DNA of 64,000 nucleotides from Eledone cirrhosa (Eukaryota): NCBI GenBank assembly GCA_964016885.1, contig OZ024741.1, positions 35,340,001 to 35,404,000 of the forward strand, read 5' to 3'. Shown piece by piece: positions 52,701 to 64,000 of this stretch (position 1 is its first letter; each line of letters starts with the position of its first letter). The notes under the pieces were generated by a model. It saw only the letters and a program-made list of their open reading frames with translations, ran no database searches and was not told where the DNA came from. The position numbers and the translations under genes were made by a program.

Positions 52701-55700
52701 TCATCTGTTCTATGACAGGACTCTGTTATGACCAGACTATCAATGTCATCTGTTCTATGTCAGGACTCTGATATCACCGTAGTATCAATGTCAACTTTTC
52801 TAAGTCACGACTTTGTTATGACCATAGTATTAATGTCAACTGATCTAAGACACGACTCTGTCATGACCATAGCATCAATGTCAACTGGTCTAAGACACGA
52901 GTCTGTTATGACCTTAGTATCAATGCCATCTTTTCTATGACAGGACTCTGTTATGACCATAGTATCAATGTCAACTGTTCTATGACAGGACTCTGTTATA
53001 AACATAGTATCAATGTCATCTGTTCTAAGACATGACTCGTTATGACCATAGTTTCAATGTCATCTGTTCTAAGACATAACTCTGTTATGACCAGACTCTC
53101 ATTGTTATCTGTTCTAAGACGCGACTCTGTTATGACCATAGTATCAATGTCAACTGTTCTAAGACACGCCTCTGTTAAGAATATAGTATCAATGTCAACT
53201 CTTCTAAGACACGACTCTGTTATGAACATAGTATCAATGTCAACTGTTCTAAGACAAGACTCTGTTATGACAATAATATCAATGTCATCTGTTCCATGAC
53301 AGGACTCTGTTATGACCATAATATCAATGTCATCTGCTCAAAGACAGGACCCTATTATGACCAAAGTATGAATATCATCTGTTCTAAGACATGTCACTGT
53401 TATGACCAATCGCTCAATGTCATCTGTTTTAAGACACGACTCGGTTATGACCATAGTTTCAGTCAAGAGTTCTAAGACATGAATCTGTTATGACCATAGT
53501 ATCAATGTCAATTGTTCTAAGACACGACTCTCTTATGACCATAACATGAATGAAAACTGTTCTAATACATGACTCTGTTATGAACATAGTATCAATGTCA
53601 ACTGTTCTAAGACACGACTCTGTTATGACCATAGTATCAATGTCAACTGTTCTATGACAGGACTCTGTCTTGACCATAGTATCAATGTCATCTGTTCTAA
53701 GACACGATTCTGTTATGAGCATAGTATCAATGTCATCTGTTCTAAGACACCATTCTGTTATGAGCATAGTATCAATGTCATCTGTTCTAAGACACGACTC
53801 TGTTATGACCATAATATCAATGTCAACTGTTCTGAGACATGACTCTGTTATGACCATAGTATCAATGTCAACTGTTTTCAGGCATGACTCTGTCATGACC
53901 ATAGTATCAATGTCAACTGCTCTAAGACACGACTCTGTTATGACCATAGTATCAACGTCAATTGTTCTACAACACAATTCTGTTATGACCATAATATCAA
54001 TCAACTGTTCTAAGACACGGCTCTGTTATTATCATAGTATCAAAATCATATGTTCTATGACAAGGCTCTGATATAACCATAGTATCAATGTCAACTCTTG
54101 TAAGACACGGCTCTGTTATGACCATAGTATCAATGTCATCTGTTCTAAGACACGACTCTGTTATGACCAGACTATCAATGTGATCTGTTCTAAGACACGA
54201 ATCTGTTATGACCATAATTCCAATGACAACTGTTCTAAGACATGACTCTGTTATGACCATAGTATCAATGCCAACTGTTCTAAGACAAGACTCTGTTATA
54301 ACCATAGAATTAATATCAACTGTTCTAAAGCACGACTCTTACTTGACCAGACTATCAATGTCAACTGTTCTATGACAGGACTCTGTTATGACCATAGTAT
54401 CAATGTCATCTGTTCTAAGACATGACTCTGTTATGACCAGACTATCAATGTTGACTATCCTAAGACAAGATTCTCTTATGATCAGAGTGTCAATGTCATC
54501 TGTTCTATGACAGGCTCTGTTATGACCAGACTATCAATGTCACCTGTTTTAAAACACGACTCTGTTATGACCATAGTTTCAGTCAAGTATTCTAAGACAT
54601 GAATCTGTTATGACCATAGTATCAATGTCAATTGTTCTAAGACACGACTCTGTTATGACCATAATATGAATGACAACTGTTCTAAGACATGACTCTGTTA
54701 TGACCATAGTATCAATGTCATCTGCTCTAAGACACGACTCTGTTATGACCATAATTCCAATGACAACTGTTCTAAGACACGACTCTCTTGTGACCATAGT
54801 ATCAATGTCAACTGTTCTAAGACACGAATCTGTTATGACCATAATTCCAATGACAACTGTTCTAAGACAGGACTCTTTCTTGACCATAGTATCAATGTCA
54901 TCTGTTCTAAGACACGAATCTGTTATGACCAGACTATCAATGTCATCTGTTCTATGACAGGACTCTGATATCACCGTAGTATCAATGTCAACTTTTCTAA
55001 GTCACGACTTTGTTATGACCAAAGTATGAATATCATCTGTTCTAAGACATGACACTGTTATGACCAATCGCTCAATGTCATCTGTTTTAAGACACGACTC
55101 GTTATGACCATAGTTTCAGTCAAGAGTTCTAAGACATCAATCTGTTATGACCATAGTATCAATGTCAATTGTTCTAAGACACGACTCTGTTATGACCATA
55201 ACATGAATGAAAACTGTTCTAATACATGACTCTGTTATGAACATAGTATCAACGTCAACTGTTCTAAGACACGACTCTGTTATGACCATAGTATCAATGT
55301 CAACTGTTCTATGACAGGACTCTGTCTTGACCATAGTATCAATGTCATCTGTTCTAAGACACGATTCTGTTATGAGCATAGTATCAATGTCATCTGTTCT
55401 AAGACACCATTCTGTTATGACCATAATATCAATGTCAACTGTTCTGAGACATGACTCTGTTATGACAATAGTATCAATGTCAACTGTTTTCAGGCATGAC
55501 TCTGTTATGACCATAGTATCAATGTCAACTGCTCTAAGACACGACTCTGTTATGACCATAGTATCAACGTCAATTGTTCTACAACACAATTCTGTTATGA
55601 CCATAATATCAATCAACTGTTCTAAGACACGGCTCTGTTATTATCATAGAATCAAAATCATATGTTCTATGACAAGGTTCTGATATGACCATAGTATCAA

Positions 55701-58700
55701 TGTCAACTCTTGTAAGACACGGCTCTGTTATGACCATAGTATCAATGTCATCTGTTCTAAGACACGACTCTGTTATGACCAGACTATCAATGTGATCTGT
55801 TCTAAGACACGACTCTGTTATGACTAGACTATCAATGTTGACTATTCTAAGACATGACTCTGTTATGACCATAGTATCAATGTTAACTGTTCTAAGACAA
55901 GACTCTGTTATGACCAGAGTATCAATGTCATCTGTTCTATGACTGGATTCTGTTACGACCATAGTATCAATGTCAACTGTTCTATGACAAGACTCTGTTA
56001 TGACCATAGTATCAATGTCAACTGTTCTATGACACGACTCTATTATGACCATAGTAGCAATTTCATCTGTTCTAAGACAGGACTCTTTTATGACCATAGT
56101 ATCAATGTCAACTGTTCTAAGACACAACTCTGTTATGACCATAGTATCAATGTCAACTGTTCTATGACACGACTCTGTTATGACCATAGTATCAATGTCA
56201 ACTGTTCTGACACGACTCTATTATGACCATAGTAGCAATCTCATCTGTTCTAAGACAGGACTCTGTTATGACCATAGTATCAATGTCAACTTTTCTAAGA
56301 CACAACTCTGTTATGACCATAGTATCAATGTCAACTGTTCTAAAACACGACTCTGTTATAACCAGACTATCAATGTCAACTGTTCCATGACACAACCCTG
56401 TTATGACCAGACTATCAATGTCATCTGTTCTATAACAAGACTCTGTTATAACTACAGAATCAATGTCAACTGTTCTATGACAGGACTCTGTTATGACCAT
56501 AGTATCAATGTCATCTGTTCTAAGACACGACTCTGTTATGACTATAACATCAATGTCAACTGTTCTGAGACATGACTCTGTTATGACGATAGTATCAATG
56601 TCAACTGTTCTATGACAGGACTCTTTCTTGACCATAGTATCAATGTCATCTGTTCTAAGACACGATTCTGTTATGACCATAGATTCAATGTCATCTGTTC
56701 TAAGACACGACTCTGTTATGACCAGACTATCAATGTGATCTGTTCTAAGACACGACTCTGTTATGACCAGACTATCAATGTTGACTATTCTAAGACATGA
56801 CTCTGTTATGACCATAGTATCAATGTCAACTGTTCTAAGACAAGACTCTCTTATGACCAGAGTGTCAATGTCACCTGTTCTATGACAGGACTCTGATATC
56901 ACCGTAGTATCAATGTCAACTTTTCTAAGTCACGACTTTGTTATGACCATAGTATCAACGCCAACTGTTCTAAGACAAGACTCTGTTATAACCATAGAAT
57001 TAATATCAACTGTTCTAAAACACGACCCTGTCATGACCATAGCACCAATGTCAACTGTTCTCAGACACGACTCTGTTATGAACATAGAATCAATGTCAAC
57101 TGTTCTAAGATACGACTCTGTTATGACCATTGCATCAATGTCAACTGTTCTAAGACACGACTCTTTTATGACCATAGTATCAATGTCATCTGTTCTATGA
57201 CAGGACTCTATTATGACCAGACTCTCAATGTCATCTGTTTTAAAACACGACTCTGTTATGACCATAGTTTCAGTCAAGTGTTCTAAGACATGAATCTGTT
57301 ATGACCATAGTATCAATGTCAATTGTTCTAAGACACGACTCTGTTATGACCATAATATGAATGACAACTGTTCTAAGACATGACTCTGTTATGACCATAG
57401 TATCAATGTCATCTGTTCTAAGACACAACTCTGTTATGACCATAGTTTCAATGTAATCTGTTCTAAGACATGACTCTGTTATAACCAGACTCTCATTGTC
57501 ATCTATTCTAAGACGCGACTCTGTTATGACCATAGTATCAATGTCAACTGTTCTAAGACACGCCTCTGTTAAGAATATAGTATCAATGTCAACTGTTCTA
57601 AGACACGACTCTGTTATGAACATAGTATCAATGTCAACTGTTGTAAGACAAGACTCTGTTATGACCATAATATCAATGTCATCTGCTCAAAGACAGGACC
57701 CTATTATGACCAAAGTATGAATATCATCTGTTCTAAGACATGACACTGTTATGACCAATCGCTCAATGTCATCTGTTTTAAGACACGACTCGGTTATGAC
57801 CATAGTTTCAGTCAAGAGTTCTAAGACATGAATCTGTTATGACCATAGTATCAATGTCAATTGTTCTAAGACACGACTCTGTTATGACCATAACATGAAT
57901 GAAAACTGTTCTAATACATGACTCTGTTATGAACATAGTATCAATATCAACTGTTCTAAGACACGACTCTGTTATCACCATAATTCCAATTACAATTGTT
58001 CTAAGACATGACTCTGTTATGACCATAGTATCAATGCCAACTGTTCTAAGACAAGACTCTGTTATAACAATAGAATTAATATCAACTGTTCTAAAGCACG
58101 ACTCTTACTTGACCATAGTATCAATGTCATCTGTTCTAAGACACGACTCTGTTATGACTATAATATCAATGTCAACTGTTCTGAGACATGACTCTGTTAT
58201 GACCAGACTATCAATGTCAACTGTTCTATGACACAACCCTGTTATGACCAGACTATCAATGTCATCTGTTCTATGACAAGACTCTGTTATAACCATAGAA
58301 ACAATGTCAACTGTTCTATGACAGGACTCTGTTATGACCACAGTATCAATGTCATCTGTTCTAAGACACGACTCTGTTATGACCAGACTATCAATGTTGA
58401 CTATTCTAAGACAAGATTCTCTTATGATGAGAGTGTCAATGTCATCTGTTCTATGACAGGCTCTGTTATGACCCGACTATCGATGTCACCTGTTTTAAAA
58501 CACGACTCTGTTATGACCATAGTTTCAGTCAAGTGTTCTAAGACATGAGTCTGTTATACCATAGTATCAATGTCAATTGTTCTAAGACACGACTCTGTTA
58601 TGACCATAATATGAATGACAACTGTTCTAAGCCATGACTCTGTTATGACCATAGTATCAATGTCATCTGCTCTAAGACACGACTCTGTTATGACCATAAT

Positions 58701-61700
58701 TCCAATGACAACTGTTCTAAGACACGACTCTCTTGTGACCATAGTATCAATGTCAACTGTTCTAAGACACGAATCTGTTATGACCATAATTCCAATGACA
58801 ACTGTTCTAAGACAGGACTCTTTCTTGACCATAGTATCAATGTCATCTGTTCTAAGACACGATTCTGTTATGACCATACTATCAATGTCATCTGTTTTAA
58901 GACACGACTCTGTTATGACTATAATATTCATGTCAACTGTTCTGAGACATGACTCTGTTATGACCAGACTATCAATGTCAACTGTTCTATGACACAACCC
59001 TGTTATGACCAGACTATCAATGTCATCTGTTCTATGACAAGACTCTGTTATAACCATAGAAACAATGTCAACTGTTCTATGACAGGACTCTGTTATGACC
59101 ATAGTATCAATGTCATCTGTTCTATGACACAACTCTGTTATGACCATAGATTCAATGTCATCTGTTCTAAGACATGACTCTGTTATGACCAGACTCTCAT
59201 TGTCATCTGTTCGAAGACGCGACTCTGTTATGACCATAGTATCAATGTCAACTGTTCTAAGACACGACTCTGTTAAGAATATAGTATCAATGTCAACTGT
59301 TCTAAGACAAGACTCTGTTATTAACATAGTATCAATGTCAACTGTTCTAAGACAAGACTCTGTTATGACCATAATATCAATGTCATCTGTTCTATGACAG
59401 GACTCTGTTATGACCATAATATCAATGTCATCTGCTCTAAGACAGGACCCTATTATGATCAAAGTATGAATATCATCTGTTCTAAGACATGACACTGTTA
59501 TGACCAATCGCTCAATGTCATCTGTTTTAAGACACGACTCGGTTATGACCATAGTTTCAGTCAAGTGTTCTAAGACACGACTCTGTTATGACCAGACTAT
59601 CAATGTAAATTGTTCTATGACACAACCCTGTTATGACCAGACTATCAATGTCATCTGTTCTATGACACAACCCTGTTATGACCAGACTATCAATGTCATC
59701 TGTTCTATGACAAGCGTCTGTTATAACCATAGAATCAATGTCAACTGTTCTATGACAGGACTCTGTTATGAGCATAGTATCAATGTCATCTGTTCTAAGA
59801 CACGATTCTGTTATGACCAGACTATCAATGTGATCTGTTCTAAGACACGACTCTGTTCTATGACACAACCCTGTTATGACCAGACTATCAATGTCATCTG
59901 TTCTATGACAAGCCTCTGTTATAACCATACAATCAATGTCAACTGTTCTAAGACACAACCCTATTATGACCAGACTATCAATGTCATCTGTTCTATGACA
60001 CGACTCTGTTATGACCAGAGTATCAATGTTGACTATTCTAGGAAATGACTCTTTTATGACCATAGTATCAATGTCAACTGTTCTAAGACAAGACTCTGTT
60101 ATGAACAGAGTATCAATGTCATCTGTTCTATGACAGGACTCTGTTATGACCAGACTATCAATGTCATCTGTTCTATGTCAGGACTCTGATATCACCGTAG
60201 TATCAATGTCAACTTTTCTAAGTCACGACTTTGTTATGACCATAGTATTAATGTCAACTGATCTAAGACACGACTCTGTCATGACCATAGCATCAATGTC
60301 AACTGGTCTAAGACACGAGTCTGTTATGACCTTAGTATCAATGCCATCTTTTCTATGACAGGACTCTGTTATGACCATAGTATCAATGTCAACTGTTCTA
60401 TGACAGGACTCTGTTATAAACATAGTATCAATGTCATCTGTTCTAAGACATGACTCGTTATGACCATAGTTTCAATGTCATCTGTTCTAAGACATAACTC
60501 TGTTATGACCAGACTCTCATTGTTATCTGTTCTAAGACGCGACTCTGTTATGACCATAGTATCAATGTCAACTGTTCTAAGACACGCCTCTGTTAAGAAT
60601 ATAGTATCAATGTCAACTCTTCTAAGACACGACTCTGTTATGAACATAGTATCAATGTCAACTGTTCTAAGACAAGACTCTGTTATGACAATAATATCAA
60701 TGTCATCTGTTCCATGACAGGACTCTGTTATGACCATAATATCAATGTCATCTGCTCAAAGACAGGACCCTATTATGACCAAAGTATGAATATCATCTGT
60801 TCTAAGACATGACACTGTTATGACCAATCGCTCAATGTCATCTGTTTTAAGACACGACTCGGTTATGACCATAGTTTCAGTCAAGAGTTCTAAGACATGA
60901 ATCTGTTATGACCATAGTATCAATGTCAATTGTTCTAAGACACGACTCTCTTATGACCATAACATGAATGAAAACTGTTCTAATACATGACTCTGTTATG
61001 AACATAGTATCAATGTCAACTGTTCTAAGACACGACTCTGTTATGACCATAGTATCAATGTCAACTGTTCTATGACAGGACTCTGTCTTGACCATAGTAT
61101 CAATGTCATCTGTTCTAAGACACGATTCTGTTATGAGCATAGTATCAATGTCATCTGTTCTAAGACACCATTCTGTTATGAGCATAGTATCAATGTCATC
61201 TGTTCTAAGACACGACTCTGTTATGACCATAATATCAATGTCAACTGTTCTGAGACATGACTCTGTTATGACCATAGTATCAATGTCAACTGTTTTCAGG
61301 CATGACTCTGTCATGACCATAGTATCAATGTCAACTGCTCTAAGACACGACTCTGTTATGACCATAGTATCAACGTCAATTGTTCTACAACACAATTCTG
61401 TTATGACCATAATATCAATCAACTGTTCTAAGACACGGCTCTGTTATTATCATAGTATCAAAATCATATGTTCTATGACAAGGCTCTGATATAACCATAG
61501 TATCAATGTCAACTCTTGTAAGACACGGCTCTGTTATGACCATAGTATCAATGTCATCTGTTCTAAGACACGACTCTGTTATGACCAGACTATCAATGTG
61601 ATCTGTTCTAAGACACGAATCTGTTATGACCATAATTCCAATGACAACTGTTCTAAGACATGACTCTGTTATGACCATAGTATCAATGCCAACTGTTCTA

Positions 61701-62930
61701 AGACAAGACTCTGTTATAACCATAGAATTAATATCAACTGTTCTAAAGCACGACTCTTACTTGACCAGACTATCAATGTCAACTGTTCTATGACAGGACT
61801 CTGTTATGACCATAGTATCAATGTCATCTGTTCTAAGACATGACTCTGTTATGACCAGACTATCAATGTTGACTATCCTAAGACAAGATTCTCTTATGAT
61901 CAGAGTGTCAATGTCATCTGTTCTATGACAGGCTCTGTTATGACCAGACTATCAATGTCACCTGTTTTAAAACACGACTCTGTTATGACCATAGTTTCAG
62001 TCAAGTGTTCTAAGACATGAATCTGTTATGACCATAGTATCAATGTCAATTGTTCTAAGACACGACTCTGTTATGACCATAATATGAATGACAACTGTTC
62101 TAAGACATGACTCTGTTATGACCATAGTATCAATGTCATCTGCTCTAAGACACGACTCTGTTATGACCATAATTCCAATGACAACTGTTCTAAGACACGA
62201 CTCTCTTGTGACCATAGTATCAATGTCAACTGTTCTAAGACACGAATCTGTTATGACCATAATTCCAATGACAACTGTTCTAAGACAGGACTCTTTCTTG
62301 ACCATAGTATCAATGTCATCTGTTCTAAGACACGAATCTGTTATGACCATACTATCAATGTCATCTGTTCTAAGACACGACTCTGTTATGACTATAATAT
62401 TCATGTCAACTGTTCTGAGACATGACTCTGTTATGACCAGACTATCAATGTCAACTGTTCTATGACACAACCCTGTTATGACCAGACTATCAATGTCATC
62501 TGTTCTATGACAAGACTCTGTTATAACCATAGAAACAATGTCAACTGTTCTATGACAGGACTCTGTTATGACCATAGTATCAATGTCATCTGTTCTAAGA
62601 CACGACTCTGTTATGACCAAACTATAAATGTTGACTATTCTAAGACAAGACTCTCTTATGACCAGAGTGTCAATGTCATCTGTTCTATGACAGGCTCTGT
62701 TATGACCAGACTATCAATGTCACCTGTTCTATGACAGGACTCTGATATCACCGTAGTATCAATGTCAACTTTTCTAAGTCACGACTTTGTTATGACCATA
62801 GCATCAATGTCAACTGTTCTAAGACACGACTCTGTTATGACCATAGTATCAATGTCATCTGTTCTAAGACAAGACTCTGTTATGACCATAGTTTTAGTCA
62901 AGTGTTCTAAGACATGAATCTGTTATGAAT
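28797..62930. repeat. 34-kb tandem satellite array, 45-bp monomer (~750 copies), with higher-order structure
   Basis: Consensus GACTCTGTTATGACCATAGTATCAATGTCAACTGTTCTAAGACAC repeated head-to-tail without interruption. Confidence 0.98.
40117..62349. repeat. Three near-identical 7.4-kb higher-order repeats (40117-47490, 47491-54908, 54909-62326)
   Basis: Matching ORF-track entries recur at exactly 7418 bp (e.g. 41362, 48780, 56198); the first copy lacks one monomer. Confidence 0.95.
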
Positions 62931-63660
62931 CGTATCAATTCTACTCTAGTATTATGACCATAGTATTACTCATAGTATTATGACCATAGTATCAATTCTA
63001 CTCTAATAGCGAACCACCATTTCTTAATTAATTTACTAATTTACTAAACAGGTTTTGTAGGCTTTGCACACCAAAAAGGATACATTCAACATCCAGTAAC
63101 AGGGTCCTTGTCTATGAAGCCTAAGTCGTATGTACAAATATGTGGTCTGTGTAGTCAACTACTTTCAATTGTGGACTACCTATGCTAGCCTTATCTACTT
63201 CCCTACAGAATACCATGTCTAAATACAATCTGGATGACCCAACGCAGATTATCCACGGTGCCATTGGAACATTCTGGAAATCCAATCAGTACCAGTCTGA
63301 TAGTTGGAAATGTCTGAACAAGTTTGCAATATTTTACACCCTCCTCCTCCTCTATCTGCTAGCCCCACACAGACCCAGCATGTATCTAAGATACCGTTTC
63401 TGACACCCAGTAACTCTAAAGAGTGGGACGTTCCTAGAAAGGTTTCCAGACACCTGAAGGAATAAGACCATCTACCCATGTTGGGGCATAAACGGCCACT
63501 AGCCTGAAGCATATCTTCCACTGCTGGTCAATACCACCAAGTCTTGGAAGATGGTCGGGAGATCCAAGGCTTTAAGATATGTTACACCTCGCAGCCGCTG
63601 AAAATAGGTGTGAAGTCTGGTGCCTCAGAAATTCTGGCCTCATTGATGACCACCACATCT
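62927..63660 (-). mobile_element. Decayed Tx1 endonuclease fragment abutting the satellite
   Basis: Aligns by eye to 15200-15935 (e.g. GTGGTCTGTGTAGTCAACTACTTTCAATTGTGGAC vs GTGGTCCGTGTAGTCGACTACTTTAAATTGTGGAC). Confidence 0.85.
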
Positions 63661-63807
63661 ATTTTATTAATATCACCTTTTATAAAAAAAAATAAACATG
63701 GTCATTTTTTTTCTTCATAAAAATGAACAATAAATGATTAATAGATAAAGCCTGTATTTCATAATTCTGATTTTGCAACATTTTTTTTTTTTACGTTTTG
63801 ATTTTAG

Positions 63808-63941
63808 TAAATGCGGCAGCTGCGGAAACTTGTAAAAGCCTGAAAGGCAACTGTATTGACAGCAGACTTTACTTGTGTACAAGTGTGACCAGATATGGCG
63901 TCTGTGGACAGAAAGATTACATAATATGTTGCCTCGATTAA
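63808..63941 (+). CDS. Exon 2 (mature six-cysteine domain) of a beta-defensin-like secreted peptide gene
   Basis: Poly-T tract and TTTTAG acceptor; phase 1 reads (V)NAAAAETCKSLKGNCIDSRLYLCTSVTRYGVCGQKDYIICCLD*; spacing C-x6-C-x7-C-x8-C-x7-CC; donor AG|GTAAGG at 63960/63961. Confidence 0.82.
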
Positions 63942-64000
63942 ATGTCAAGAAACAAGGGAGGTAAGGAAATATGACACAACTGATTCTGGGGGGGGGGGGT

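Noticed and set aside
28870-62930. Satellite ORFs as a giant Cys/His-rich repeat protein (VITESCLRTVDIDTM)n
   Set aside because: The frame is broken repeatedly by 1-bp and larger indels and by TGA variants (ITKS*), and these breaks are copied through the higher-order repeats. Openness is explained by a 45-bp unit of coding origin.
28870-62930. CRISPR-like array
   Set aside because: Monomers are contiguous with no unique spacers, there are no cas genes, and the context is eukaryotic.
28797-62930. Centromere call
   Set aside because: Only 34 kb, bounded on both sides and apparently intronic; higher-order structure alone is not evidence of centromere function.
63715-63948. 77-aa minus-strand ORF
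   Set aside because: Antisense shadow of the six-cysteine exon and its poly-T tract.

Overview
AT-rich, repeat-dense eukaryotic DNA; the SINE and microsatellite repertoire suggests an octopod cephalopod (inference). Bases 1-24 kb are a transposon graveyard: a Ty3/Gypsy element with its 5' LTR, a CRE fragment, a Helitron, a Dong/R4 LINE, two Tx1-clade LINEs, Penelope-like termini with hammerhead ribozymes, SINEs and MITEs. The main hidden feature is a small spliced gene that the ORF track does not show as a unit. A TATA-preceded signal-peptide exon (24618-24678) joins in phase 1 to a six-cysteine exon (63808-63941), giving a 64-aa secreted beta-defensin-like peptide. Its 39.1-kb intron holds a decayed CR1/L2-type LINE and a 34-kb array of a 45-bp satellite. 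The satellite monomer appears to be the LINE endonuclease's catalytic-Glu motif amplified in place, and the array is organised into ~1.5-kb and 7418-bp higher-order repeats. All family assignments come from motif recognition by eye; no database searches were run.
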